Below are positions 10,021-20,277 of a stretch of DNA of 64,000 nt, in pieces (positions within the stretch are counted from its first letter, which is position 1; the number at the start of each line of letters is the position of its first letter). The notes below the pieces were generated by a model. The model ran no database searches. It saw nothing but the letters and a program-made list of their open reading frames with translations, and had not been told where the DNA came from. The translations under genes and the position numbers were made by a program. Origin of the DNA: Candidatus Woesearchaeota archaeon. GTDB lineage: Archaea > Nanobdellota > Nanobdellia > SCGC-AAA011-G17 > GW2011-AR18. The stretch lies in the NCBI GenBank assembly GCA_018302235.1, contig JAGVZW010000033.1, positions 434-64,433 on the forward strand, given 5' to 3'.

Positions 10021-10536
10021 ATGGGATTATTCAGTAAGAAAAAAGAGGAAAAAATACCTGCCATTAGTTCTAATATTAAATTAGTTCAACCAAAATTAAA
10101 CATATCAGAATTTCCTGAAATACACAAAGAAGAAACACCAGTCCCTTTATATAAACCAACTTTATCTGAAATAAAAACAGAAGTTAAGGGTCAAAATTTA
10201 GAGATACCTGAAAGAAAACCAAGAATTGAACCACAAAGAATGATGCCATTTACACCCAAAATTGAACCAGAATCTTATGATTTTCCAACAGAAGATATAT
10301 CAACAAGTAGATTAACAACATCTGAAAAACCATTATTTATCAAGATTGAAAAATATAAATCAGCTATGGAAGAATTAGAAAGTTTAAAAGAAAAGATACA
10401 TACCACAGAAGAAATATTAAATTCTTTAGAAGATATAAGAAGAAAAGAAGACAGGCAAATACAAACCTGGAGAGAAGAATTAAATAAATTAAAAAATAAG
10501 TTATTGAATATTGATAAAGATTTATTTAATAATTAA
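10021..10536 (+). CDS. Hypothetical Lys/Glu-rich coiled-coil protein.
   Basis: 171 aa, charged, low complexity, no recognisable motif. Confidence 0.35.
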   Translation: MGLFSKKKEEKIPAISSNIKLVQPKLNISEFPEIHKEETPVPLYKPTLSEIKTEVKGQNLEIPERKPRIEPQRMMPFTPKIEPESYDFPTEDISTSRLTTSEKPLFIKIEKYKSAMEELESLKEKIHTTEEILNSLEDIRRKEDRQIQTWREELNKLKNKLLNIDKDLFNN

Positions 10537-10538
10537 TA

Positions 10539-10958
10539 ATGAAAAAAAAGAAAACAGTTAAACAAGAGATAACAGGAATACATATTAAAATAGATAGGCC
10601 CATAGAGGTTAGAAAGCAGATTTTAAAATATGCAATAGAAGTAGCACAACTTCTTAAATCATACGAAGATTATAAAGAATTACATCATAAAAAAGATCAA
10701 ATATATTCTAATCTATCAGATAATTTTTATGAAATAAAGGATTTAGAAAAAAAATTAACAAGAGGACATTCACTTCCAACATTAAAACAATTAGGCTTTG
10801 AAGAAAAACCCACAGAAAAAGAACATATAATAGAAACAACACAGGAAATTAAAATAGAAACTAAACAAATTATTACAGAAAAACCAAAAGGTGATTCTGA
10901 AATTGAAAGATTAAAAAACGAATTAAAAGATATAGAAAATCAATTAAAACATCTATAA
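10539..10958 (+). CDS. Hypothetical Lys/Glu-rich coiled-coil protein.
   Basis: 139 aa, begins 3 nt after the preceding ORF, charged and helical. Confidence 0.35.
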   Translation: MKKKKTVKQEITGIHIKIDRPIEVRKQILKYAIEVAQLLKSYEDYKELHHKKDQIYSNLSDNFYEIKDLEKKLTRGHSLPTLKQLGFEEKPTEKEHIIETTQEIKIETKQIITEKPKGDSEIERLKNELKDIENQLKHL

Positions 10959-10960
10959 AT

Positions 10961-11560
10961 TTATCTGCTTGAATCAGCTTGTCTTTCCAATTCTAATTTT
11001 TTAGTTATAGCTTGACTGCCTTGATCACACCTGTAAGCCTTCATAATCTCATCAGCTAAACATCTTTCTATTCTTTTCTTTTTATTAAATGAAGCACTAT
11101 AAGATCCTTGCACCATTTGTCTTAATACCAAATCAATTCGCCTTTGAGGGCTGCATTCAACAGCTTGTGGATATCTTGCTCCCCCATATTCTATAGCAGT
11201 AATCTCTTCGCGAGGAGCAGCATTTTCTACAGCCTTAATAAAAATTTCAATAGGATTAACCTTCATTTCCTTTTCAATAATATCAAAAGATTTTATTATT
11301 AAACAATAAACAGTATTATATTTTCCTGTACACTTGCCAGATGTTATTTTATGTTTTTTTCCCCTATGACCTGGAACCATCATTTTGTTTATTAATCTCT
11401 CTATAATATTATATTTGCTCTTCCAGAATCTATTGGAAGCATTTCTTCCACACCGTTTTGGAATATATACCTGATCTAAATTAATATAATCCCTTAATCC
11501 AACATCATTAACTTGTATTTGGGAAGTATCCCATCTGCCAAACAATTTTATTTCATTCAT
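10961..11560 (-). CDS. rps7: 30S ribosomal protein S7 (uS7).
   Basis: 199 aa, archaeal S7-like N-terminus (KLFGRWD), downstream of S12 in the conserved cluster. Confidence 0.85.
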   Translation of the reverse strand: MNEIKLFGRWDTSQIQVNDVGLRDYINLDQVYIPKRCGRNASNRFWKSKYNIIERLINKMMVPGHRGKKHKITSGKCTGKYNTVYCLIIKSFDIIEKEMKVNPIEIFIKAVENAAPREEITAIEYGGARYPQAVECSPQRRIDLVLRQMVQGSYSASFNKKKRIERCLADEIMKAYRCDQGSQAITKKLELERQADSSR

Positions 11561-11991
11561 CTTCTACCTTTTTCTATTTTTCCCTTTAATAAAGCATCTA
11601 AACTCTGATCATTAACCTTTATTATCCTCCATCTTACACACGGAATATCACCCATAGCCCTACCCATTTTACCCCCAATACATTCTATAAGAACCTCATC
11701 GTGTTCTGTAATAAACCTTTGTGCATTATCTCCAGGAATAAAAGCAGTTACTTGTTTGCTATTCTTTATTAACTGAATTTTTGCACACTTCCTCATTGCA
11801 GAATTTGGTTGTTTTGCTTCTCTTTGTATCTTTTCTAAAACAATACCCTTAGCTTGACTACTCCCTTGTAAAGGATCTGATCTAATCTTAGAATTATTAA
11901 TCCTTTTAATAAACCATTTAGAGCTTTTTTTACTTTTTTTTCTTCTACTCACTAATTTATTTCCAGTGTATAAGCCATTACTTTTATTCAT
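11557..11991 (-). CDS. rps12: 30S ribosomal protein S12 (uS12).
   Basis: PNSAMRKCAKIQL...VTAFIPGDNAQRFITEHDEVLIECIGG is the S12 signature. Confidence 0.9.
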   Translation of the reverse strand: MNKSNGLYTGNKLVSRRKKSKKSSKWFIKRINNSKIRSDPLQGSSQAKGIVLEKIQREAKQPNSAMRKCAKIQLIKNSKQVTAFIPGDNAQRFITEHDEVLIECIGGKMGRAMGDIPCVRWRIIKVNDQSLDALLKGKIEKGRR

Positions 11992-12398
11992 TTTATCTTT
12001 ATATCCTCAATATCATCATAATATTTTTTAACAAGATCAATAATCCATTTTATATTTTCTCTACTTCTTCCATAAATCTTGCCCTTTATCCTATTATCCT
12101 GGACATAAATCTCTATTATATTGCCTTCTTTTTGTATATTATCTACTTTTAAAGGGTATAATAAGTTATTAATAAACTTTACTACATTCTTAGAAAAGGC
12201 TATTAATATTATTTTTTTCTTAAGTATTTCCTCCATTCTTTTTAAATTGGAATTATCCCTACCCAATGCCCTTTTTATATGCCCTTCTTCCACTATAAAC
12301 ATTAATTTATCCTCTTTTTTTATACAGTCTTTTATGTTTGCCCCAGTCATACTTTCAAACAAATTAATTGTTTGTATTGTTTCTAAGTTTAATTTCAT
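11988..12398 (-). CDS. nusA: Archaeal NusA-like KH-domain protein.
   Basis: 136 aa, KH-like GxxG region (ALGRDNSNLKRME), at the canonical position between rpl30e and rps12. Confidence 0.7.
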   Translation of the reverse strand: MKLNLETIQTINLFESMTGANIKDCIKKEDKLMFIVEEGHIKRALGRDNSNLKRMEEILKKKIILIAFSKNVVKFINNLLYPLKVDNIQKEGNIIEIYVQDNRIKGKIYGRSRENIKWIIDLVKKYYDDIEDIKIK

Positions 12399-12400
12399 TT

Positions 12401-12652
12401 TTATTCAAAATAAATTACACCAATAGAAAATCTTTTCTTGCATATAATCCCAATATCTTTATTATTCTCATCAAGTAATATTAATTTAACACCCATAATC
12501 CTACAAATATCCTCAATCTCTTTTTTTCTATGGTAAGTTTGTGCTGCATATACGCGCTTACATTTTCCTGTTTTTATAGATTTTATAGTCTTATTAAACC
12601 CGTAATATGCCTTTTTATTCTTCAAATCCTTTTTTAGATCAATTAAACTCAT
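12401..12652 (-). CDS. rpl30e: 50S ribosomal protein L30e.
   Basis: 83 aa L30e/L7Ae-fold protein at the canonical position between rpoA'' and nusA. Confidence 0.7.
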   Translation of the reverse strand: MSLIDLKKDLKNKKAYYGFNKTIKSIKTGKCKRVYAAQTYHRKKEIEDICRIMGVKLILLDENNKDIGIICKKRFSIGVIYFE

Positions 12653-13778
12653 CTTTATCCTCTGTCAAATTTCTCATAATTAATTGTGGCAATCCAGTTC
12701 CTAATGGAATTGGCTGATTTAAAATAACATTTTCTATAACACTATTTAATTCATCAACCTCTCCAATCAGACTAGCATTTAAAATATGTTTTATTGGGGT
12801 CTCAAATGCTGCCCTAGCTAAAACACTTTCTTTTTCCCCAGCTATTCCAGTTCTTGTAACCCCCTTTATTTCACCATTTCTTGTCATTATGTCAGCTAAA
12901 AGCATAATATGCCTTATATCAATAGATAAACCCTGTCCATCTAAAACCTTTTGTATTTCTACAATAATAGCATTTCTAGCTGCTTCTATACCTAAAACCT
13001 CACTAATTTCATAAATATTATTACTTGTAGTCCTCTCATGATCTATTTCCTCTAATTGTAATGCATCTTTTAAATTACTTCCAGCACAATATATTATATA
13101 TTCATCCTCATCATTTTTTACAGGTAACACCCTAGTTATACCCTTTAATCCACTTATTTTAATCCTTTTAATCTTTTCTTTTAATCTATAGATCTCAGAT
13201 AAAGTTATCTCTTCTTTAGATTTACAGTTAAATCCCTCTTTTGTCTCTTTCATATTTACATTTTTTAAACTATGTTTCAATATATCCAATAAATCCTTTT
13301 CTTTTAAACCGTAATCCTTCATAGTTCTTTTATCAAATTCAGCCTCTATTTGCAATTTAGCAATATTAATAGTAATCTCTTTTAAAATATCTTGCATTTT
13401 TGTTTCTTTTATATTCTCTGCAATTTTTTTTACAGTTTCAACGTTTTTTGAGTATTTTGGCTTGAGATACAAATCCATTCTAGGTGTGCTTGGTGTTTTT
13501 CTTGCATCTAATACCTCAATTAGTCTAGATAATCCTGTTGTAACACTCATCTCAGCAACACCAGCAAAATGAAATGTATCTAAAACCATCTGAGTACTAG
13601 GTTCACCAAAAGATTCCGCAGTGATAACCCCAATAGCCTCACCAGGGTCAATTTTAGAACCAATATATACATCCTCTAATCTTTTCATAAATTCCTTCTC
13701 TTGTTTTATATTCATTTTATATCTTTTAACTAATTCCTTAGCCTCTTTAAGGAGATGATCAGGTAACATTCTTATCAA
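12639..13778 (-). CDS. rpoA2: DNA-directed RNA polymerase subunit A''.
   Basis: 379 aa with a conserved trigger-loop region, immediately downstream of rpoA'. Confidence 0.9.
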   Translation of the reverse strand: MIRMLPDHLLKEAKELVKRYKMNIKQEKEFMKRLEDVYIGSKIDPGEAIGVITAESFGEPSTQMVLDTFHFAGVAEMSVTTGLSRLIEVLDARKTPSTPRMDLYLKPKYSKNVETVKKIAENIKETKMQDILKEITINIAKLQIEAEFDKRTMKDYGLKEKDLLDILKHSLKNVNMKETKEGFNCKSKEEITLSEIYRLKEKIKRIKISGLKGITRVLPVKNDEDEYIIYCAGSNLKDALQLEEIDHERTTSNNIYEISEVLGIEAARNAIIVEIQKVLDGQGLSIDIRHIMLLADIMTRNGEIKGVTRTGIAGEKESVLARAAFETPIKHILNASLIGEVDELNSVIENVILNQPIPLGTGLPQLIMRNLTEDKDEFN

Positions 13779-16323
13779 CCCCCACTACCTCTTTAGCTAT
13801 CCTTTCAACATTAATCTTTCCACCCCATGTTTTAGAAACATCTAAACTATCTTCCCCGTATTGAAATTGAATTATATTTCCCTTTCCATCCCTTACAGAA
13901 TAATCATATTCTACCCTTAAATCCTGCAATGCACTAGATAATCTTCTATATAAGTACCCTGATTTTGGAGTTCTTAATGCAGTATCCATAAGCGAATCCC
14001 TTCCAGTCATAGCATGCATAAAAAATTCAGATGGAATTAATCCATCCCTATAACCTCTTTTTATATAGCCCTTAGAAGAAGGCTGTAAATCTCCCCTACT
14101 AAAAATAGTTAAAACCCTATCCTTATAACCATTAGCTATTCTTTTTCCTCTCAAAGCTTGTTGTCCAACACACGCAGCCATTTGAGCTAAATTAATAATA
14201 TTACCCTTTGCACCTGAATTTGCCATAATAACTACAGGATTGCTTTGATTTACATTTTCAGCAATTAACTGTCCAACCTTATTTCTTGATTTGTTCAATA
14301 TCTCCATAATCTTTATCTCTACTGTTTCTTCAAGAGCTAAGCCAGGTAATGGTTCTAATTCCCCATTATTATATTGCTCTATATATTGCAACACCTTCTT
14401 TTCTGCATTTGAAATGATCTCTATATTTTTTTCTTTAACATGTTCAGGTAGATCAACATTTGTACTAGAGATAGAAAACCCCTCTCGCAATAAAATTTCA
14501 ATACCCAATCTAAATATTTGTCCTAAAATTTCAATTCCAGTTTCTTGATTATATTTAGCAAAAACTGCTCTTATTAATGTACCTTTCTCATTACCTATTG
14601 TATTATTATCAATATATCCTTTTATAATATTCCCATTCTTAATCACTAATTCTTCTTTAAGTTTAGTAATCCCTATAAAATCAAAATCCGATGGCAATAA
14701 CATACTAAATATCTCAATGCCCTTTACTTTATTTTTTAAATTTAAAAATTTTTCAGGCTTATTCACACCTATCGAATACAAAATTTCTATTGCATCTTCC
14801 CTATTATATTCTAATTCTTTAGTAAGCAAATAATTCCCAGTAACTGAATCTGTATCACATCCAATAATATTCAAACCATTTTTAGGTGTTATAATTTGGT
14901 TTTTTACATCCATCAACATCTCAACCTCAACCCTTGCCTCTTCTATTTGAGGTATATGAAGATTCATTTCATCACCATCAAAATCAGCGTTATATGGATT
15001 ACAAACCGCGGGATTCAACCTAAAAGATTTTCCAGGAAGGACCTTTATTCTATGCCCCATAATACTCATTCTATGTAATGAAGGCTGTCTGTTAAATATT
15101 GCAATATCATTATCCATTAAATGCCGTTCTACCTGATAGCCAGGCTGTAATTCTTCTAATAATTGTTCTTGTGTTTCCTCTGTTATCTTTTTTTTCTTAT
15201 TATCTGGTCGAATAACATAATTGCTTCCAGGATATTTTTCTGGACCATTTTCTACAAATTTTTTCATTCTTTTAAGGTTCCATTCTGTTACTCTCTCTGG
15301 TATGGTTAACTCCATAGCCACTTCTTTAGGTATTCCAACCTCATTTAATTCTAATTTTGGATCTGGAGAAATTACTGTCCTTGCAGCATAATTTACCCTC
15401 TTGCCAACTAAATTATTTCTAAACCTACCTTCTTTACTTTTTATTCTCTCACTTAATGTTTTCAGAGCCTGACCACTCCTATGTCTTGCTGGAGGGACCT
15501 GACTTATCTCATTATCAAAATATGTAGTAACATGATATTGTAATAAATCCCATAAATCCTCCACAATAACCTCTGGTGCACCAGCATTAATATTCTCAAA
15601 CAATCTTTGATTAATCCTAACAATATCACTTAATTTATGGGTTAAATCATCCTCACTTCTTTCCCCAGTTTCTAATGTAATAGATGGTCTAATAGTTACA
15701 GGAGGAACAGGTAATATCTCCAAAATTGCCCATTCAGGTCTTGCTTTCGAAGGGTCCAATCCAATTAAAGAGACAGTAAACTCACTAATCTTTTCCAATC
15801 TTAATTTAATTTCGATTATTGATAATTTTTTATCATTCTCTAAGAATGTTGATGGTTTTTCTATTTTAACACTATATTGCTTAGCTTGACAATGTGGACA
15901 TTTCTTAACATTTCTAGCACTTGTTATTAATGATCTTATATGCTTTTTCATCTCACTTTTAGTTATAACGTTTTCTTTCTTCTTTATTTTTTTTTCATCT
16001 AATAATATTTCACCACATTCCCTACATGTAGCCCTTAAGAAAGCTAGAACCATATCTATATATTTTATGTGTAATAGCGGCCTTGCTAATTCAATATATC
16101 CAAAATGACCATTACACTCCTTTAATTTTCCACCGCAAGTTTTACATCTTAATCCAGGATCTATAACACCCAACCTAATATCCATTAACCCCCCATCAAC
16201 AGGATAACCCTCTTTATCATATAATTCAGGGGTTACAACCTTAACACTAGCCATTTTTTTAACTAATTCAGGACTCAACATCCCAAATTCTATGGCCTTA
16301 ATTTTTTTATAATATTCTCTCAT
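13759..16323 (-). CDS. rpoA1: DNA-directed RNA polymerase subunit A'.
   Basis: 854 aa with NADFDGDEMNLH, the catalytic Mg-binding motif, and N-terminal zinc-binding Cys clusters. Confidence 0.95.
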   Translation of the reverse strand: MREYYKKIKAIEFGMLSPELVKKMASVKVVTPELYDKEGYPVDGGLMDIRLGVIDPGLRCKTCGGKLKECNGHFGYIELARPLLHIKYIDMVLAFLRATCRECGEILLDEKKIKKKENVITKSEMKKHIRSLITSARNVKKCPHCQAKQYSVKIEKPSTFLENDKKLSIIEIKLRLEKISEFTVSLIGLDPSKARPEWAILEILPVPPVTIRPSITLETGERSEDDLTHKLSDIVRINQRLFENINAGAPEVIVEDLWDLLQYHVTTYFDNEISQVPPARHRSGQALKTLSERIKSKEGRFRNNLVGKRVNYAARTVISPDPKLELNEVGIPKEVAMELTIPERVTEWNLKRMKKFVENGPEKYPGSNYVIRPDNKKKKITEETQEQLLEELQPGYQVERHLMDNDIAIFNRQPSLHRMSIMGHRIKVLPGKSFRLNPAVCNPYNADFDGDEMNLHIPQIEEARVEVEMLMDVKNQIITPKNGLNIIGCDTDSVTGNYLLTKELEYNREDAIEILYSIGVNKPEKFLNLKNKVKGIEIFSMLLPSDFDFIGITKLKEELVIKNGNIIKGYIDNNTIGNEKGTLIRAVFAKYNQETGIEILGQIFRLGIEILLREGFSISSTNVDLPEHVKEKNIEIISNAEKKVLQYIEQYNNGELEPLPGLALEETVEIKIMEILNKSRNKVGQLIAENVNQSNPVVIMANSGAKGNIINLAQMAACVGQQALRGKRIANGYKDRVLTIFSRGDLQPSSKGYIKRGYRDGLIPSEFFMHAMTGRDSLMDTALRTPKSGYLYRRLSSALQDLRVEYDYSVRDGKGNIIQFQYGEDSLDVSKTWGGKINVERIAKEVVGVDKNVT

Positions 16324-18125
16324 TAAAACTTTCCTCCTAAAATAATTTTAGGATAAACACATAATGCCTTTAGTTCATCGATTAGTAATTTAAAAGCATA
16401 TGATACCTCTATAGAAGATATTTTTACCTTAGAACCACATTTAGGACAACTCTCTTTATCCTTATAATTATCATAAACAGCCCACATACCACATTCCTCA
16501 CAAACGTAAATTACAGTCTTGTCAGAATCAAATCTTTCTTTTAATACCATAGCAGCCCCATGAGCAACAAAACAATCCTTCTCCATCTCGCCAATCCTTA
16601 AACCACCACCCTGTAATCTTCCTTCTATAGGTTGTCTTGTTAATAGTTGAATCTTACCAGATGCCCTTGCATGTAATTTATTTGCAACCATATGTTTAAG
16701 TTTTAAATAATAAATATTTCCAATATATATCCTAGCAGGATAAACCTTACCAGTGATCCCATTGTACATAAGTTCAGTACCATCATCCTTGAAACCCATT
16801 TTTAATAAGTTTTCTTTCAAATCACTTTCCGGAGTCACATCGAAAGCAGTGCCATCAACAAATTCTCCACTTAATGCACTAACCTTACCTGCAATTATCT
16901 CAATTAAATGAGATATTGTCATTCTCGAAGGAATACCAAAAGGTGAGAATAAAATATCAGGCACAATACCAGATACTGTAAAAGGCATATCTTCCGTTTT
17001 TACTATATAACTAATAACTCCTTTTTGACCATGTCGTGAAGCAAACTTATCCCCAACCTCAGGAATCCTCTGTTCTCTCAGCCTTACCTGTACTAATCTA
17101 TTCCCCTCTTCATTTTCTGTTAGTAATACACTATCAACAACACCCTTTTCTCCATGTTTTAAAGCAACAGAACTCTCTCTCTTTACATTAGCAGCTATAC
17201 TAAACTCTTCAAACTCACCTAAAAATCTTGGAGGACTAACCTTACCAACTAATACATCATCAGCCTTTATCTTTGCACCCTCATAAATTACACCGTCATC
17301 TTCTAAAAATTTATAATCCTTTTCTGCCCTATATCCCTTAACCTCTTTATCAGGTATAGTGAATTCATCCATTAAACCCCCCTGATATCTTTTTTCTTCA
17401 GAAGAAAACGGTTTAAAAAAAGTGGATCTTCCAAAACCCCTATCAACTGAACCCTTATTCACAATAATAGCATCAGACATATTATAGCCCTCATAACTCA
17501 TAATTGCAATAACAACATTTTGTCCAGAGGGATGTTTATCATAATTAAAAATATCATGCATAAATGTTTTTGTCAATGGTATTTGGGGATAATGTAATAT
17601 ATTTACATCAGTATCCATTCTTAACAAAAAATTAGATGAGTATAAACCCAACGATTGTTTTAAAATTTTTGTTCCCCTTATTAGTCTTGAACTGCCACCA
17701 TAATTTGAATATGGCACTAAAGACGTGCATAAACCCAATATTGCTACAGGTGATATCTCTATATGTGTATGGTCTTTATTTAAATTATTTTCATCTAGAG
17801 CAATATAACAATTTTCTTCCTCAGCAGCATCTACGTATTCAATTATTCCTTCTTTTAGTAAATCCTTCCATTTTAGTAAGCCTTTATCTATAGCATCAAT
17901 ATGTTCCTTTTTAAACAAAGATGCTCCATTCTTAACAATTATTAATGGCCGTCTTGCTCTACCTTTAGATGTATTAAGATAAATAGAATTATATTTTTCT
18001 TCATAATAATAATTCAATTCATTAGGTAATATACTTTTCCTTCTTTCTTCTTTTATTTTGTTAATAAAAGTATCTCCATTATCTACCTCCCCAATGTATT
18101 TTTCATTTAAAAATATATCTACCAT
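16323..18125 (-). CDS. rpoB1: DNA-directed RNA polymerase subunit B' (C-terminal part of the split B subunit).
   Basis: 600 aa with conserved GQKG...ISHLIE and a C-terminal zinc ribbon CEECG..x14..CPKCG. Confidence 0.9.
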   Translation of the reverse strand: MVDIFLNEKYIGEVDNGDTFINKIKEERRKSILPNELNYYYEEKYNSIYLNTSKGRARRPLIIVKNGASLFKKEHIDAIDKGLLKWKDLLKEGIIEYVDAAEEENCYIALDENNLNKDHTHIEISPVAILGLCTSLVPYSNYGGSSRLIRGTKILKQSLGLYSSNFLLRMDTDVNILHYPQIPLTKTFMHDIFNYDKHPSGQNVVIAIMSYEGYNMSDAIIVNKGSVDRGFGRSTFFKPFSSEEKRYQGGLMDEFTIPDKEVKGYRAEKDYKFLEDDGVIYEGAKIKADDVLVGKVSPPRFLGEFEEFSIAANVKRESSVALKHGEKGVVDSVLLTENEEGNRLVQVRLREQRIPEVGDKFASRHGQKGVISYIVKTEDMPFTVSGIVPDILFSPFGIPSRMTISHLIEIIAGKVSALSGEFVDGTAFDVTPESDLKENLLKMGFKDDGTELMYNGITGKVYPARIYIGNIYYLKLKHMVANKLHARASGKIQLLTRQPIEGRLQGGGLRIGEMEKDCFVAHGAAMVLKERFDSDKTVIYVCEECGMWAVYDNYKDKESCPKCGSKVKISSIEVSYAFKLLIDELKALCVYPKIILGGKF

Positions 18126-19622
18126 TTATTTCACCTTTAAACCGTATGTTTCTAATTGTTTAATTATATTATTTTCATTTATTTCACTACAAGAAACATC
18201 ACATAATAAAGCCATATTTTTTCTCAATCCAATAGGTGTTCCCTCTGGGGTTTCAATTGGACATAACCTCCCCCAATGGGTTGAATGCAATGCCCTTGCT
18301 TCAAAATTTTCTTGAGTAGAAGTTAATAAACTAACTATCCTATGTAAATGAGAATTAGCAGCTAAAGCATTAGTTCTATCAATATTCTGGCTAATTCCCT
18401 TTCTGCCCCCAGTCCATGTTCCAGTAGCCAAAGAACTTTTGATATTAGAAGTTAATAATTCATCTCTAATAATTATCTTTATAGATTGAAATTTTCCCCT
18501 CTTCACTAATCTTTGAAAATTATACATTATATCTTGAACTAATGATTTTAAATTAGTTCTAACTAAGTCCTCTAATAAATCACCACTTAATTTTAATCTT
18601 TTATTCATGTAATGATCCTTATCTGGAAAATCATTTTTATTTTCAATATGAGATAACATCAAAAATTTTTTTAGAATCTTACATAAATTAAATATCTTTA
18701 TATTTCTTGAATCGGGTGTAACCCCTAAGTGCGGCATAAAATATCTGTCTAATTGTTCTTTACTTCTTTCTATTTTTATCTCTCTAGGTTGTGTTATACC
18801 CATCTTTTTCCCTAAGATTTCCAATGCATCATCTTGATTTTTTATTTCTGCACTCTCATATAAATTAACTAAAAGAATATCATTTAATGATTCATTTCCT
18901 TCACATATAGACCTCATTATATCTTGTTCCTTAGACATACCCAATCCCTTTAAAAGATTTATTACTGGTATTTTATTGAAGCGTGTAAACGTTAAATAGA
19001 TAATACCATCTTTCATTAATTCAAATGTATGTGGTATTCTATAACTTCCAATCTCTGAAAATAATCTACCAACAAAGATATCAGAATCATCCCTTTCCTC
19101 AATAAAGAGTTTATTTGAAGCTAAATCTTCTACTGTAATAAGCACTCTTTCATTACCATTAATTATAAAATATCCCCCCTGATCATATGGATCCTCGCCT
19201 TTTTCTATTAATTCTTCTTTTTTTAATCCATATAAATGACAATATTTTGATTTAATCATGATAGGGATTTTTCCTATTAAAGATGTAAAATTTTCTCTTT
19301 GAATATCATCAACATAAGCGCTTACCTCTAGATAAATAGGTGCAGAATAAGTTAAATTTCTTAATCTCGTTTCAGCAGGAGTTATCTCTCTTTTACTCCC
19401 ATCTGCCTCTATTATAGAGGGTTTTTCTATCCATATTTTTTTTAGTCTTATTATAAAGCTTTCAACCTCTTGTGGAATTATAGTGGGAATAATGTCTCCA
19501 ATTTCATCCACAAGTTTTTGCATACCTTTATCCATAAAATTATTAAAACTTCTTAAATTAGCACTACCAAAAGGATTCTCTTGAAAATAACTGTTTATAA
19601 TCTTTTTATAACCATCAACCAT
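18126..19622 (-). CDS. rpoB2: DNA-directed RNA polymerase subunit B'' (N-terminal part of the split B subunit).
   Basis: 498 aa, ends directly adjacent to the rpoB' start. Split rpoB is characteristic of certain archaeal lineages. Confidence 0.9.
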   Translation of the reverse strand: MVDGYKKIINSYFQENPFGSANLRSFNNFMDKGMQKLVDEIGDIIPTIIPQEVESFIIRLKKIWIEKPSIIEADGSKREITPAETRLRNLTYSAPIYLEVSAYVDDIQRENFTSLIGKIPIMIKSKYCHLYGLKKEELIEKGEDPYDQGGYFIINGNERVLITVEDLASNKLFIEERDDSDIFVGRLFSEIGSYRIPHTFELMKDGIIYLTFTRFNKIPVINLLKGLGMSKEQDIMRSICEGNESLNDILLVNLYESAEIKNQDDALEILGKKMGITQPREIKIERSKEQLDRYFMPHLGVTPDSRNIKIFNLCKILKKFLMLSHIENKNDFPDKDHYMNKRLKLSGDLLEDLVRTNLKSLVQDIMYNFQRLVKRGKFQSIKIIIRDELLTSNIKSSLATGTWTGGRKGISQNIDRTNALAANSHLHRIVSLLTSTQENFEARALHSTHWGRLCPIETPEGTPIGLRKNMALLCDVSCSEINENNIIKQLETYGLKVK

Positions 19623-19857
19623 TAACTACCACCCGATAAAAGATCGTTTCTTTAGCTGTATAACTCATTCTCTTTATTTTTATGATATCTCCCACCTTCA
19701 AATCATTAATATGTTTGATTCCAGGATCACTAATTCTTATATAAGCCAATTTTACCCTATCAATATTGTATTTTTTAAGTAATTCTGACTTTTCATCATC
19801 AGTTAATTTAGTACTTTCAGGTACCCATCTATGCTTTAATATATTAAATTCAGTCAT
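19615..19857 (-). CDS. rpoH: RNA polymerase subunit H (Rpb5 homolog).
   Basis: MTEFNILKHRWVPESTKLTDDEKSELLKKYNIDRVKLAYIRISDPGIKHINDLKVGDIIKIKR. Start placed at the internal Met, because the longer ORF-track start would overlap tRNA-Lys. Confidence 0.8.
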   Translation of the reverse strand: MTEFNILKHRWVPESTKLTDDEKSELLKKYNIDRVKLAYIRISDPGIKHINDLKVGDIIKIKRMSYTAKETIFYRVVVNG

Positions 19858-19876
19858 TTTTTTTCTATTATAGGTG

Positions 19877-19980
19877 CGGGCCGGACGTGATATACACAAA
19901 CACTGAAACACAGTATTAGTTTTGAACACGCGACCACCTGATTAAAAGTCAGGTGCTCCACCAAGCTGAGCTACCGGCCC
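19877..19980 (-). tRNA. tRNA-Lys (anticodon UUU) with a ~30-nt insertion inside the T-loop.
   Basis: Manual fold: GGGCCGG/CCGGCCC acceptor stem, GCTC/GAGC D-stem, CCTGA/TCAGG anticodon stem with loop CTTTTAA, T-stem GCGTG/CACGT. The T-loop is 37 nt instead of 7 (TTCAAAA plus about 30 nt). Confidence 0.6.
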
Positions 19981-19986
19981 ACCAAT

Positions 19987-20074
19987 CGCCCTGACCGGGA
20001 CTTCCAGTATCCTTTTGAACCCGGGTTGAAGCCTCGACAGGGCTTCGTGCTAGACCGGTCTACACCATCAGGGC
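19987..20074 (-). tRNA. tRNA-Asp (anticodon GUC) with a ~13-nt insertion inside the T-loop.
   Basis: Manual fold: GCCCTGA/TCAGGGC acceptor stem, GTGT/GCAC D-stem, AAGCC/GGCTT anticodon stem with loop CTGTCGA, T-stem CCGGG/CCCGG enclosing a 20-nt loop TTCAAAAGGATACTGGAAGT. Confidence 0.6.
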
Positions 20075-20277
20075 ATAGATCCTCCTAAAAGGGATTTTTT
20101 GTAAAAAAATTGATTATCAGCCACTATTGAAGATGTTACTGCTACCATTTTAGAAGAGACTCCATAAATTGCAAATACTTCTTATTTATAAAGGTTATGT
20201 TTTAAATTTTGAAAACACAAAATTTTACAATTAGTAAGTAGGATTAAGCTTATATAAAATAGATAAATAAAGCACAC

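Noticed and set aside
14291-18315. Several 60-85-aa ORFs on the plus strand inside rpoA' and rpoB' (14291..14548, 14896..15078, 17636..17893, 18058..18315).
   Set aside because: They are fully embedded antisense to highly conserved RNAP genes. Low-complexity translations, no signals.
19858-19929. Longer rpoH start (ORF track 19929).
   Set aside because: The extension would overlap tRNA-Lys and encodes a non-conserved peptide (MFKTNTVFQCLCISRPARTYNRKK). The internal Met gives a canonical RpoH of about 80 aa.
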